In this document: positions 9,424 through 19,761 of the stretch, piece after piece
How the letters are laid out: every line of letters begins with the position of its first letter
Numbering within the stretch: the first letter of the stretch is position 1
Origin: Patescibacteria group bacterium
GTDB lineage: Bacteria > Patescibacteriota > Patescibacteriia > Magasanikbacterales > GWA2-37-8
DNA length: 64,000 nucleotides
NCBI GenBank assembly: GCA_041661385.1
Contig: JBAZUP010000002.1
Coordinates: 14,670 to 78,669, forward strand
Reading direction: 5' to 3'
Made by a program: the position numbers and the translations under genes
Notes under the pieces: generated by a model
What the model saw: only the letters and a program-made list of their open reading frames with translations
Told to the model about the DNA's origin: nothing
The model's database searches: none

Positions 9424-10623
9424 TTGGCTGTGTTTACTCTTCTTACTTTTATAGCGGTTTTAGCGGTTCTAGTCATCTCCCATGAATTTGGGCATTTTAT
9501 TGTTGCCCGCAAAAACGGTATTCAGGTGGATGAATTTGGTTTTGGTTTTCCCCCTCGTTTGATTGGTATCCGCCGGGTATCGTTTGGCGGTAAAAAGAAG
9601 TGGCAAATAATTTGGCACAAGCGCCAACTGGAAGAAGTGCTCGAACACGACCATCTTGGAACGATTTATTCCATCAATCTTATTCCGCTTGGCGGATTTG
9701 TAAAAATAAAAGGTGAAAGCGGTTTTGAAGAAGGCGCAAACGACCCGGATAGTTTTTTTGTAAAAAAGACCTGGCAGAAAGCAATTGTGATTGCGGCCGG
9801 TGTTATCATGAACTTTTTCTTGGCAGGCGTATTGCTTTCAGTGGGTTATATGATAGGGATGCCCCAGGTTGGAGATGGCGATGCTGGACCAAATAGTAAA
9901 TTACAAGTGGTGCAGGTGATGCCAGAAATGCCGGCTGATAAAGTTGGTATTAAGTCAGGAGCGGAAATTTATGAAATGTCAGCTGGCGGACAAATTTTAA
10001 ACGCGCCGAACGTAAACAATTTTCGTGAGTTTGTAAATAGTCACCGCAATGAAGATATTTTGGTTAAGTATAAATTTGAAGGAAAAAATTTGGAAAAAAC
10101 TATAAAACCGGAAATACTTGAAGGTACGGATCGGGCCGGTTTCGGAGTGGTAATTGTAAATGTTGGTACCGTTCGTTATCCATGGTATCGCGCTATCGTT
10201 GAAGGTTTTAAAAGTGCCGGGCAATATTTATTCATGATTTTTGCCGGTCTCTGGTCGTTGCTTAAGCAGTTGTTTGCCGGGCAATCGCTTGATGGCCAAG
10301 TGGCTGGGCCGGTTGGTGTCGCGGTTATTACTGGCGAAGCCGCACGCATGGGATTTGTCTATTTACTACAGTTGACCGCTCTATTATCATTGAATTTGGC
10401 AGCCATAAATATTTTGCCGATACCGGCGTTAGACGGCGGCCGGCTCATGTTTATTCTGATCGGTAGAATTTTACGTCGAGAAATCAAACCGCGGATTGAA
10501 AACTTTATTCATACTGTAGGGTTCGTTTTGCTTATGGCCCTAGTGGTTACTGTGACGGTAAAAGATCTTGGAACTTTTGGCGGAGGTTTTATCGAATGGT
10601 GGAAAAATTTAATCCGTTTTTAA
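9424..10623 (+). CDS. rseP: RIP (site-2) zinc metalloprotease RseP/M50 family
   Basis: HEFGHF (HExxH) in the first TM helix, a PDZ-like middle region, and LNLAAINILPIPALDGGRL near the C-terminus. Apparent TTG (or GTG at 9430) start. Confidence 0.85.
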   Translation: MAVFTLLTFIAVLAVLVISHEFGHFIVARKNGIQVDEFGFGFPPRLIGIRRVSFGGKKKWQIIWHKRQLEEVLEHDHLGTIYSINLIPLGGFVKIKGESGFEEGANDPDSFFVKKTWQKAIVIAAGVIMNFFLAGVLLSVGYMIGMPQVGDGDAGPNSKLQVVQVMPEMPADKVGIKSGAEIYEMSAGGQILNAPNVNNFREFVNSHRNEDILVKYKFEGKNLEKTIKPEILEGTDRAGFGVVIVNVGTVRYPWYRAIVEGFKSAGQYLFMIFAGLWSLLKQLFAGQSLDGQVAGPVGVAVITGEAARMGFVYLLQLTALLSLNLAAINILPIPALDGGRLMFILIGRILRREIKPRIENFIHTVGFVLLMALVVTVTVKDLGTFGGGFIEWWKNLIRF

Positions 10624-10630
10624 TTTTGAT

Positions 10631-11680
10631 ATGTCGATAGATTTTATAAAATTTGAAAGCGAAGCACTGGCCGCGATTAAAGCGGTGGGTGATGCCACAG
10701 CACTTGAAGCGGTAGAAAATAAATTACTTGGCCGCAAGCAAGGCGAATTTACTTCGCTCATGAAAGGCATGGCCGCTCTGCCGCCGGAAGAGCGCAAGCT
10801 TGCCGGAACAAAATTAAATGAATTAAAGAATAAAATTTTGGCGTCGCTCGAAGAAAAAAAACAGGAAATAAATAATAAGTCCTGGAATGAAATAGGCGAA
10901 ACTGAAAAAATTGATTTGACTGCGCCGCCCTTACCGACAAAAAAATTCGGACATTTTCACCCCAATACTATTATTCAGAAAGATTTAGAAGATTTGTTTT
11001 CCTCAATGGGTTTTATTGTGCTTGATGGGCCGGAGCTAGAAAGCGACTATTATAATTTCTCGGCTTTAAATATTCCTGAAACTCACCCCGCTCGTGATAT
11101 GCAGGATACTTTTTATATAAAGGATCATTCTGGGTCGGAAGTTGCTGACAAGTGGGTGATGCGTACTCATACATCGCCTATGCAAGTTAGGGCGATGCAA
11201 AAATTCGGCGTACCGCTTCGGGCAATCGTACCCGGAAAATGTTATCGAAATGAATCTACCGACGTGCGGCATGAACACACTTTTTATCAGCTCGAGGGTT
11301 TTATTATTGATAAGGGAATAAATTTGAGTCATATGAAAGGGGTGCTTGAAACAGTAGCGAAACATCTTTATGGTGATGATACGGCGCTTCGGATGAGACC
11401 GAAGTATTATCCGTTTGTTGAACCGGGTGTAAATTATGAGGTAACTTGTTTTTTGTGCAAAGGAAAAGGTTGCCGAGTATGTAAAAGTTCGGGCTGGCTC
11501 GAAATCGGCGGCGCCGGCATGATTCATCGTAATGTCCTAAAAGAAGGAGGCATTGACCACAAAGTCTACAGCGGCTTTGCGTTTGGTTTTGGACTCACGC
11601 GCCTCGTGATGTTGCGGTATGGCATAGATGATATTAGGCTTCTTGAAAGCGGTAATCTAAAATTTTTAGAACAGTTCTAG
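10631..11680 (+). CDS. pheS: Phenylalanine--tRNA ligase alpha subunit
   Basis: Class II aaRS motifs (FRNE..D, YQLEG, GAGMIHRNVL). It lies immediately upstream of pheT. Confidence 0.95.
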   Translation: MSIDFIKFESEALAAIKAVGDATALEAVENKLLGRKQGEFTSLMKGMAALPPEERKLAGTKLNELKNKILASLEEKKQEINNKSWNEIGETEKIDLTAPPLPTKKFGHFHPNTIIQKDLEDLFSSMGFIVLDGPELESDYYNFSALNIPETHPARDMQDTFYIKDHSGSEVADKWVMRTHTSPMQVRAMQKFGVPLRAIVPGKCYRNESTDVRHEHTFYQLEGFIIDKGINLSHMKGVLETVAKHLYGDDTALRMRPKYYPFVEPGVNYEVTCFLCKGKGCRVCKSSGWLEIGGAGMIHRNVLKEGGIDHKVYSGFAFGFGLTRLVMLRYGIDDIRLLESGNLKFLEQF

Positions 11681-11681
11681 T

Positions 11682-14120
11682 ATGCAGATCTCTTATCAAT
11701 GGTTACGTGAATATGTAAAATTACCCGACTCACTCGAGCCGGAAACGATTGCTGAAAAATTAAAACTCAGCACGGTTGAAGTAGAGGGTTTGATTAGACT
11801 CGGAGCTCAGCTTGAAAATGTTGTAGTGGGGAAGGTTTTAAAAGCGGAAAAACATCCTGATGCCGACAAATTGAAAGTCTGCGAAGTCGATCTCGGAGAC
11901 GAAAAAGCTACTTTAGTTTGCGGAGGAAGTAATGTAAAAGAGGGAATGCTTTGCGCGGTCGCAAAAATTGGCGCCAAAGTGAAATGGCATGGTGAGGGTG
12001 AGCCGGTAACGCTTGAAAAGGCCAGTATTCGCGGGGTGGAATCAAGCGGTATGATTTGCGGCGCTGATGAGATTGGTTTACTGGATATGTTTCCAAAAAA
12101 AGAAGAAAAAGAAATTGTGGATTTGACGGCATTGAAATTAAAAGTTGGAAAACCGCTTGCTGAAGCTTTAAAATTAAATGATGTAATTTTTGAAATTGAC
12201 AATAAATCACTTTCTAATCGTCCAGATTTATGGGGGCATTATGGAATTGCCCGCGAAGTCGCGGCTCTTACTAATCGTTCCGTTCAACCGCCTAAAGTTA
12301 AAGATATTAAAGCCGGTTCAAAAACAATATCGGTTAAAGTTGAAAACGAAAAAGATTGTCCGCGATATATGGCGGTAGCAGTTGAAGGGGTAAAAATCGG
12401 CGAATCACCAGCTTGGTTAAAACAAAAATTGTCAGCGACGGGAGTGAGACCGATAAATAACGTGGTTGATATTACCAATTATGTAATGCTAGCGCTTGGT
12501 CAGCCACTCCACGCATTTGACGGCCGAACTCTACAAAAAGATAAGGGTTATAATATTGGTGTGCGAGCCGCCAAAATTGGTGAAAAATTTGTTACGCTTG
12601 ATGAAAAAGAACGTGATTTACCGACCGGAACTTTACTTATTACTTCTCTCGATCGACCGGTTGCAATAGCTGGTATTATGGGCGGTCTTCATAGCGGAGT
12701 AAAAAGCGATACTGAAACTGTAATATTTGAAGCGGCCAATTTCTCAGGGCCCCTAATTCGTAAAATTTCTACTTTATTAAATTTGCGCACCGATGCTTCC
12801 GCTCGGTTTGAGAAAAAACTCGATCCAAGTCTGTGTGAAACCGCTCTAAAAAAAGCCGTGGAAATGTTGCTTGAACTTTCACCTGGCGCGAAAGTGGCAA
12901 GCAAGGTTGCTGATGCCGGAAGGAATAATAAAATAATGCGGCCGCTTGAAATGCCGGTTGATTTTGTTGAAAAATTTTCCGGAATAAAAATACCCGCTAA
13001 AACAATTTTAACTATTTTAGAACGATTGGGTTTTGAAATTTCTCTAAAAGGCGAGATCTGGCATATTAATGTGCCAAGTTGGCGCGCTGAAGATGTAAAT
13101 TCACCCGAAGCGGTGGTAGAAGAGGTGCTGCGTATTTATGGTTATCAGAATATCACCGGTTCATTGCCGACTTTTACTATTACGCCGCCGCTTAAAAATT
13201 CCTTACGTAGCCTGGAGCGCCGGATAGCGGAAATACTAGTGCGAGATTTTGCTTATACCGAAGTTTATAATTATTCATTTGTCAGTGCTGAGCAAATGAA
13301 TAAAATTGGCGAGGATATTTCTTTGGCTTTGGAATTAGATAATCCACTGTCAAAAGAAAAACCGTTTCTGCGCCGCTCTTTACTCCCTAATCTTCTTGAA
13401 ATCTTCAAAAAAAATGCTGACCATGAAGAAATTGCAGTATTTGAAATTGGTCAGGTTTACCAGAAAGAATTATCTGGCCTGCGTGTTTCTGCTGGTAGTA
13501 ATGATCTTTTGCCTCGCGAAGACACTTATTTAACAGTTATTTTTAGTAATCGAAAAAATAATCAGCCATTTGGAGAAGTCAAAAAAATTGCGATTCGTAT
13601 TATGAATTTATTGGGTGTCGAGAGTCAGGCGCTACCTGCTACTCCGGCTTTTCATATTCATCCCGCACGAGCCGAAGAAATTAAAATTGGCGAAAATTCT
13701 GTTGGCAAGTATTACGAGCTTCACCCTAGAGTTTGTAAAAATTTTGGAGTTGAAGGCAGAGTTTCAGTATTAACTTTAAATTTATCACAACTTTCAGATT
13801 TAGTTTCGCCGCAAATTGTCGGACATTACGAACCAATGTCTCAATATCCGGAAGTGGAAAGAGACTTGGCTTTTGTGGTTGATAAAAAAATTACTAATCA
13901 AGAAGTTGTTGAGGTACTTGCCGGTTTAGACCCGGTTTTGAAAAAAATCGAGCTTTTTGATTCTTATGAAGGAGAGAAACTCGCTGTAAATAAAAAAAGT
14001 CTTGCTTATCATTTTACTTTTTCACACCAGGAACGCACTCTTACCTCCGATGAAGTGTCGGTAGTTGAGCAGAAGATTAAATCAGTTCTTACGAGTAGGT
14101 TTCAAGCCGAATTACGTTAA
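11682..14120 (+). CDS. pheT: Phenylalanine--tRNA ligase beta subunit
   Basis: 812 aa. N-terminal tRNA-binding domain (MQISYQWLREYV), B3/B4 and B5 domains, C-terminal FDVA-like region. Confidence 0.95.
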   Translation: MQISYQWLREYVKLPDSLEPETIAEKLKLSTVEVEGLIRLGAQLENVVVGKVLKAEKHPDADKLKVCEVDLGDEKATLVCGGSNVKEGMLCAVAKIGAKVKWHGEGEPVTLEKASIRGVESSGMICGADEIGLLDMFPKKEEKEIVDLTALKLKVGKPLAEALKLNDVIFEIDNKSLSNRPDLWGHYGIAREVAALTNRSVQPPKVKDIKAGSKTISVKVENEKDCPRYMAVAVEGVKIGESPAWLKQKLSATGVRPINNVVDITNYVMLALGQPLHAFDGRTLQKDKGYNIGVRAAKIGEKFVTLDEKERDLPTGTLLITSLDRPVAIAGIMGGLHSGVKSDTETVIFEAANFSGPLIRKISTLLNLRTDASARFEKKLDPSLCETALKKAVEMLLELSPGAKVASKVADAGRNNKIMRPLEMPVDFVEKFSGIKIPAKTILTILERLGFEISLKGEIWHINVPSWRAEDVNSPEAVVEEVLRIYGYQNITGSLPTFTITPPLKNSLRSLERRIAEILVRDFAYTEVYNYSFVSAEQMNKIGEDISLALELDNPLSKEKPFLRRSLLPNLLEIFKKNADHEEIAVFEIGQVYQKELSGLRVSAGSNDLLPREDTYLTVIFSNRKNNQPFGEVKKIAIRIMNLLGVESQALPATPAFHIHPARAEEIKIGENSVGKYYELHPRVCKNFGVEGRVSVLTLNLSQLSDLVSPQIVGHYEPMSQYPEVERDLAFVVDKKITNQEVVEVLAGLDPVLKKIELFDSYEGEKLAVNKKSLAYHFTFSHQERTLTSDEVSVVEQKIKSVLTSRFQAELR

Positions 14121-14213
14121 GAGTTGCAGAAAAAAAAGTTCATGTGATATAATAACTGTGTAAATAATTGTAAGTCCGTTAAAGATCAGCGTTTTTAGCG
14201 GGCAAGGAGTGGT

Positions 14214-14600
14214 ATGGTTATAACGCCTCAAGATATTTTGTACCTCGTAATATCATTTTGCGTGGTATGGGTAACAGTATTTCTGTGCTGGACTTTTTAT
14301 TACCTCATGAAGCTCCTGCGCACCACCAACCAGATTGTTGATGAATTTCGCACCCGCTTACAAACTTTGTCAGAAACTATTAATTATGTTCGCGGTAAGG
14401 TAGATCACATGTCCGGACTCATGACTCTTGCAACCGGCGGAGTGTCAGAATTGGTAAAAAAAATGGTGACAAAAAAAGCTAGGCAATGGGTAGACGACGG
14501 AGCTGATCAGTTTAGTGATGCTGCCAAGGATGCAGTTGATAAAGCCGTCGCCGCTACGGCAAAAAAAATGAAAAAAGCGACCAGTAAAATAAAAAAATAA
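14214..14600 (+). CDS. Hypothetical small membrane protein with a Lys/Ala-rich C-terminus
   Basis: 128 aa. RBS AAGGAG. N-terminal TM helix ILYLVISFCVVWVTVFLCWTFYYL. Confidence 0.5.
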   Translation: MVITPQDILYLVISFCVVWVTVFLCWTFYYLMKLLRTTNQIVDEFRTRLQTLSETINYVRGKVDHMSGLMTLATGGVSELVKKMVTKKARQWVDDGADQFSDAAKDAVDKAVAATAKKMKKATSKIKK

Positions 14601-14612
14601 TATAAAATTACA

Positions 14613-14648
14613 AACCCCTCACTATAAAAGCTGAGGGGTTTTTTTGTT
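14613..14648. terminator. Intrinsic terminator
   Basis: AAACCCCTCACTATAAAAGCTGAGGGGTTTTTTTG. Confidence 0.7.
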
Positions 14649-14685
14649 GGCCATTCAAGGCCTCCTCCTTGGAGTTCACCAGTTC

Positions 14686-14889
14686 TCACGTCGCTCGACG
14701 GTCGTTCCGCAGGGCGCGGATCTTGGCGCTGATGCGCTTTGTCGAGTCGCCGTTTGGGGCATGGCTGCGAAGCTGTTCAAGCTTCATGATGAGCTCTTCG
14801 GGCAAAAGTCCGCTCGTCATGATCTTGTCGAGTTCCACATTGAACTCCTCCGGTGTCCACTTATGGCTGCTGTCTGTTCCATCAGACAT
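14686..14889 (-). CDS. Small hypothetical protein (67 aa) in a ~55% GC islet
   Basis: ATG preceded by GAAGGAG. The ORF track shows a 72-aa version starting 5 codons earlier. Composition contrasts sharply with its neighbours. Confidence 0.35.
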   Translation of the reverse strand: MSDGTDSSHKWTPEEFNVELDKIMTSGLLPEELIMKLEQLRSHAPNGDSTKRISAKIRALRNDRRAT

Positions 14890-15043
14890 GTTGCACTCCT
14901 TCACTTCGGTGTTTTTTATGTTTCTGTAATCCTCGTAGAATGCTAAATTAGCTTAGCATTTTTAGCAGTAAAGTCAATGCTAGAGGGTAAATTTGGACGG
15001 TTGATTTAGTTAAAAATATAAGGTAAGATGGCTTTACAAAAAT

Positions 15044-18000
15044 ATGTCGGATTTTATCCATCTACACACGCATTCTCACTATTCATTACTCGACGCTTTG
15101 CCAAAGATTGACGAGCTGGTTAAAGCTGCCAAATCGCAAAATTATTCTGCTGTTGCGCTTACCGATCACGCAAATTTGTACGGTGCGATTGAGTTCTATG
15201 AAGCATGCGTCAAAGAAGGTATAAAGCCGATTGTCGGTGTAGAAATTTATACCACTCCATTTGATCTGGATGATAAAAATATTGTTGATCACAAACAATA
15301 TCACTTGGTTTTGCTCGTGGAAAATTACGAGGGATATAAAAATTTATTGAAACTAATTTCTTTTTCTCATTTGGAAGGAACGCGCGGAAGGCCGCTTGTT
15401 GACCGAAAGCGTCTTAGTCAGTTTAAAGACGGGCTCATCGCTTTATCAGGGTGTATTGAAGGAGAGATACCGACCATTATTCGAAAAGAAAATAATTTTG
15501 AAAAAGCCAAAAAAGTCGCTTTGGAATTACAAAATATATTTGGTCCGGAAAGATTTTATTTAGAATTAAATGATTTACCCTCGCTTGAGGGGCAACTCGA
15601 GGTAAATTCCGAATTAATAAAAATTAGCAAAGAAACCGGTATTCCGCTCGTGGTCACTAGAGACACTCATTATATCAATACCGACGATACCGAAGCGCAG
15701 GATATTTTGACCTGTATTCGAGACGGACAAACTTTGGATGAACCGAACCGGCCCACGATGCAGGGGGTAGATTATTCTTTTGGTTCAGCAAAAGAAATAA
15801 TTGGTCGCTTTAAACATTGTCCGGAAGCAATTGAAAATACCGTCAAAATTGCCGAACGCATAAATTTAAAAATTGAATTAAATAAATGGCATTTTCCGGC
15901 GCTTGATATCCCCGGCGGGAAAACTGCCTCAGAGTATTTGCGGGCAGAAGTGTATGAAAGAATTTTGAAATTAACTGACTTGACCGATGAGGTTAAAAAG
16001 CGTCTTGAATATGAATTAGAAATTATTGAAAAAAAAGGCTACTCACCATATTTTTTGGTTGTAGCAGATTATGTTCGTTTTGCTCGTGAAAATGGCATCA
16101 TTGAAACTACCCGTGGCTCGGCCGCCGGTTCGCTAGTTTCTTACGCGATGGGCATTGTTTCCGTAAACCCATTATTTTTTAAACTCCCATTTGAACGTTT
16201 TTTAAACCCTTTCCGCCCCAGCCCTCCTGATATTGATGCGGATTTTGCGGATGATCGGCGTGATGAAATGATCGCATACGTCACCAAAAAATATGGCGCC
16301 GATAAAGTAGCTCAAATTATTACTTTTGGTACTATGGCGGCGCGCGGCAGTATTCGCGATGTCGGTCGGGCACTCGGTTATAGTTATGCTTTTTGCGACC
16401 AAGTTTCCAAACTGATTCCATTTGGAGCGCAAGGATTTAACATGACAATCGCTAAGGCGCTCGAAAACACTCCTGAACTTAAAGAATTATCGGTAAAAAA
16501 TCAACAGGTAAAACGTCTGCTTGATCTCGCTCAAAAAATTGAAGGCTGTGTTCGTCATACTTCAATTCACGCCGCGGGCGTGGTTATTGCTCCGACTCCG
16601 CTCACCGATTTTACTCCGGTTCAACACGAAGTTGGAGGTGAAAAACTTACCACGCAATACGAAATGCATTCTGTGGAAGCAGCCGGACTTCTTAAGATGG
16701 ATTTTCTTGGAATTCGCAATCTTTCTATTCTTGGACGAGCCGTGGAAATTGTGGAAAAGACCACCGGCAAACATATAGATATCCACAATCTTCAACCTTG
16801 GGATGATAAAAAAACTTATGAGATGCTAGCACGCGGAGAGACTGTGGGAGTTTTTCAACTTTCCGGTTCAGGTATGACGAGATATTTGAAAGAATTAAAA
16901 CCCGCCAGTATTTTTGATATTATGGCGATGGTGGCGCTGTTCCGCCCGGGTCCGATGGAATCAATTCCTGAATATATCAAACGCAAGAATGATCCGAGCA
17001 CAATTGATTATTTGGATAAGCGAATGAAAGATTATCTTGATCAATCGCTTGGTCTTATTGTTTATCAGGATGATGTGCTCTTAACCGCTATTAATCTTGC
17101 CGGTTATAACTGGGAAGAAGCGGATAAATTTAGAAAGGCGATGGGTAAAAAAATTAAGGCGGAAATGGACAAGCAAAAAGAAAAATTTGTTAAGGGGTGC
17201 CGTGAGTTTGGTAAATTGCCGGAAGCAAAAATACATCGTTTATGGGAGCTTATTGAACCATTTGCGGCGTATGGGTTTAACAAAGCTCATGCCGCGAGTT
17301 ATGGGGTTATTGCTTATCAAACCGCCTACATGAAGGCAAATTTTCCGATTCAATATATGACTGCGGTGCTTATTGCCGAGAGCGGTGATATTGATAAAGT
17401 GCCATTCATAATTCACGAATGTGAACGCATGGGAATTAAAGTTTTACCTCCGTCTATTAATGAAAGTTTTAGAAGTTTTGCAATGATTAGCGCCGAAGGC
17501 GCGGAAACGCATATTCGATTTGGCTTAAATGGAATAAAGAATCTTGGCGAGAATATTGCCGAAGTTATTTATCGGGAGCGTAAAGAAAATGGTAAATACA
17601 CCAGTCTTGAAAATCTTTTAACCAGAGTAAAAGACCGGGATTTAAACCGACGATCGCTAGAAAGTTTAATTAAGTGTGGAGCGCTAGATGAATTTGGTTA
17701 TGATCGAGGGGTGCTACTTGGAAATAGCGATGTGATTATAGCGTTTGTTAAAGATCATCAAGAAGCAGGAGCGACTGCAAAAAAACAACATTCATTATTT
17801 GCGGGCAGTGCCATTGAATCTGTTTCAAAATTACGATTAGGCCCGGCCGCCAATGCGACCGCTGACGACAAGTTACATTGGGAAAAAGAATTACTTGGGC
17901 TATATGTTTCTTCGCACCCATTTTCTGGTTTTCAAAAAATAATGGAACGAGCGCTAACGCCAATCAGTGAATTATCCGGAGTTGGCAAGAAACAATGGGT

Positions 18001-18526
18001 GGTGGTGGGCGGAGTGATTGAAACGACTAAGAAAAAAATCACCAGAGCCGGAGCGGCCATGATGTTCGTTAATATTCAGGATGTTACTGGGAGTCTAGAA
18101 TTATTGGTATTTCCGAAAACTTATGAAACCACCAAAGATGTTTGGATTGAGGGCACGACCGTGTGCGTGGTGGGACGAACTGGAGACGAAGAGGGAGACG
18201 ATAAGTTATTCGTCGAACGCGCTTATCAAATTACCAAAGATAATGTAAAACAGCTAGCCGCGCAAATGGCAATGAATAACATGAAACCATCGGTGCGTGA
18301 TTATGTTCAGCCGGAAGCGCTTAAAAAAATTGAGGAAGACGGATTTGAAATTGAGCTTTCTGCTAAGGTGATGAAAGAAAAAGCGGACGCTATTAAAATG
18401 GTGCTTGTAAAATTTCCCGGTTCAAAAACGGTATTTTTAAAAGTCGGTGATAAAAAAATAAAGACGCAGTACCTGGTGGATGCGTCTGACAAACTTAAAG
18501 AAGAAATTGCTTCGGTGATTAATTAA
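15044..18526 (+). CDS. dnaE: DNA polymerase III alpha subunit
   Basis: 1160 aa. N-terminal PHP domain HLHTHSHYSLLDA, polymerase core, OB fold. Confidence 0.95.
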   Translation: MSDFIHLHTHSHYSLLDALPKIDELVKAAKSQNYSAVALTDHANLYGAIEFYEACVKEGIKPIVGVEIYTTPFDLDDKNIVDHKQYHLVLLVENYEGYKNLLKLISFSHLEGTRGRPLVDRKRLSQFKDGLIALSGCIEGEIPTIIRKENNFEKAKKVALELQNIFGPERFYLELNDLPSLEGQLEVNSELIKISKETGIPLVVTRDTHYINTDDTEAQDILTCIRDGQTLDEPNRPTMQGVDYSFGSAKEIIGRFKHCPEAIENTVKIAERINLKIELNKWHFPALDIPGGKTASEYLRAEVYERILKLTDLTDEVKKRLEYELEIIEKKGYSPYFLVVADYVRFARENGIIETTRGSAAGSLVSYAMGIVSVNPLFFKLPFERFLNPFRPSPPDIDADFADDRRDEMIAYVTKKYGADKVAQIITFGTMAARGSIRDVGRALGYSYAFCDQVSKLIPFGAQGFNMTIAKALENTPELKELSVKNQQVKRLLDLAQKIEGCVRHTSIHAAGVVIAPTPLTDFTPVQHEVGGEKLTTQYEMHSVEAAGLLKMDFLGIRNLSILGRAVEIVEKTTGKHIDIHNLQPWDDKKTYEMLARGETVGVFQLSGSGMTRYLKELKPASIFDIMAMVALFRPGPMESIPEYIKRKNDPSTIDYLDKRMKDYLDQSLGLIVYQDDVLLTAINLAGYNWEEADKFRKAMGKKIKAEMDKQKEKFVKGCREFGKLPEAKIHRLWELIEPFAAYGFNKAHAASYGVIAYQTAYMKANFPIQYMTAVLIAESGDIDKVPFIIHECERMGIKVLPPSINESFRSFAMISAEGAETHIRFGLNGIKNLGENIAEVIYRERKENGKYTSLENLLTRVKDRDLNRRSLESLIKCGALDEFGYDRGVLLGNSDVIIAFVKDHQEAGATAKKQHSLFAGSAIESVSKLRLGPAANATADDKLHWEKELLGLYVSSHPFSGFQKIMERALTPISELSGVGKKQWVVVGGVIETTKKKITRAGAAMMFVNIQDVTGSLELLVFPKTYETTKDVWIEGTTVCVVGRTGDEEGDDKLFVERAYQITKDNVKQLAAQMAMNNMKPSVRDYVQPEALKKIEEDGFEIELSAKVMKEKADAIKMVLVKFPGSKTVFLKVGDKKIKTQYLVDASDKLKEEIASVIN

Positions 18527-19604
18527 TCTCCCAATTCGGGTCTGCTTTTAAATCGCGCCAGTCTGTGTACTGGTTTTTTTGTGCTTTATAATATCCGGCA
18601 ACAGCAATCATGGCGGCATTATCCATGCAATATTTAGTATCCGGAATAAGAAAGGCAGAGTTTAACGATTGATTAACAATTTCTTTTTGCAGAGTTTCAC
18701 GCAATTTTTTATTGGCGGCAACCCCACCAGCCAAAATTATTGTTTTGGGGTTGAATTCTTTGGCGGCGCGTAAAGTTTTTTTAACGAGCACTTCCACAAT
18801 TGCTTCCTCAAACGAAGCGCAAAAGTCACTCATTGTTGGCGGTTCGGATTGTTGTCCTAAAATACCCGCCGGCAAAGTTATACTACCAAGTTTTACGGCG
18901 GTTAATTTATTATCTCTTAACCAATACAAAGCCGAGGTTTTTAATCCGGCAAAACTGAAAGCATAATTTTCGTGGGTCAGCATCGGTCGAGGGAATTTTA
19001 TCGCGTTAGTTTTTCCAGTTTCAGCAAGTTTAGAAATTTGCGGGCCGCCCGGATAGGGGAGATCCAAAAGTTTTGCAACCTTATCAAAACATTCACCGGC
19101 GGCGTCGTCTACCGTTGCGCCAAGTTTTTGGTAATCACCATGTTCATGCATTAAAATTAGTTCGGTATGGCCGCCGCTCACAATAAGAACGAGGGCTGGA
19201 AAGGTGATTTTATTCAATTTTGGGTTTTGGTCATTGGGATTTGGGATTTCTACTGAATGTATGTGTCCGTCGAGGTGGTTAAGGCTTACGATTGGAATAT
19301 TTTTAGCGAGGGAAAGTGCTCTCGCGGCGGTAGTTGCGACGAGAAGTCCGGTAATAAGGCCGGGACCCGATGTGACTGCCAAAACATCTGGATTTTTTTG
19401 TCCTTTCAACACTTCTTCAATCAGCGGTACAAGTTTTTCCGCGTGCATTCGACCGGCAATTTCCGGCACAACGCCACCGTATTTTTTGTGAATTTCAATT
19501 TGCGAAGCAGTTTTTTCGGCAATAACAAAATGGCCCTGGTCAGAACTTTCTACCAGAGCCACTGAAGTGTCGTCACAAGATGATTCAATTCCGAGAATTA
19601 TCAT
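18519..19604 (-). CDS. tsaD: tRNA N6-adenosine threonylcarbamoyltransferase TsaD (Kae1/Gcp family)
   Basis: MIILGIESSCDDTSVALV N-terminus and HxxGH metal site (HLDGHIHS). Overlaps the dnaE end by 8 nt, convergent. Confidence 0.9.
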   Translation of the reverse strand: MIILGIESSCDDTSVALVESSDQGHFVIAEKTASQIEIHKKYGGVVPEIAGRMHAEKLVPLIEEVLKGQKNPDVLAVTSGPGLITGLLVATTAARALSLAKNIPIVSLNHLDGHIHSVEIPNPNDQNPKLNKITFPALVLIVSGGHTELILMHEHGDYQKLGATVDDAAGECFDKVAKLLDLPYPGGPQISKLAETGKTNAIKFPRPMLTHENYAFSFAGLKTSALYWLRDNKLTAVKLGSITLPAGILGQQSEPPTMSDFCASFEEAIVEVLVKKTLRAAKEFNPKTIILAGGVAANKKLRETLQKEIVNQSLNSAFLIPDTKYCMDNAAMIAVAGYYKAQKNQYTDWRDLKADPNWEIN

Positions 19605-19608
19605 ATTG

Positions 19609-19682
19609 TGTCAAGGGCGGGGCTCGAACCCGCGACCTTAGCGTTATGAATGCTACGCTCTAACCAGCTGAGCTACCCTGAC
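19609..19682 (-). tRNA. tRNA-Met (anticodon CAT); could equally be initiator or Ile2-type, not distinguishable by eye
   Basis: Minus-strand sequence GTCAGGGTAGCTCAGCTGGTTAGAGCGTAGCATTCATAACGCTAAGGTCGCGGGTTCGAGCCCCGCCCTTGACA folds as a cloverleaf. Acceptor 7 bp (one GU), D-arm GCTC/GAGC, anticodon loop TTCATAA, T-arm GCGGG/CCCGC. CCA is not encoded. Confidence 0.8.
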
Positions 19683-19719
19683 AATTAGTCGTTCTTTACT
19701 GAACGCCTGATATTATAGT

Positions 19720-19757
19720 AAAAAAAAGCCGCTCGGTCAAGCCAGGCGGCTAGTTTT
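19720..19757. terminator. Bidirectional terminator
   Basis: AAAAAAAGCCGCTCGGTCAAGCCAGGCGGCTAGTTTT. Confidence 0.6.
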
Positions 19758-19761
19758 AGTG

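Noticed and set aside
9424-9432. Uncertain rseP start
   Set aside because: The frame opens with TTG (9424) and GTG (9430), and no ATG precedes the HEFGHF helix. TTG was kept as called by the ORF track, but either may be used. Not treated as a finding.
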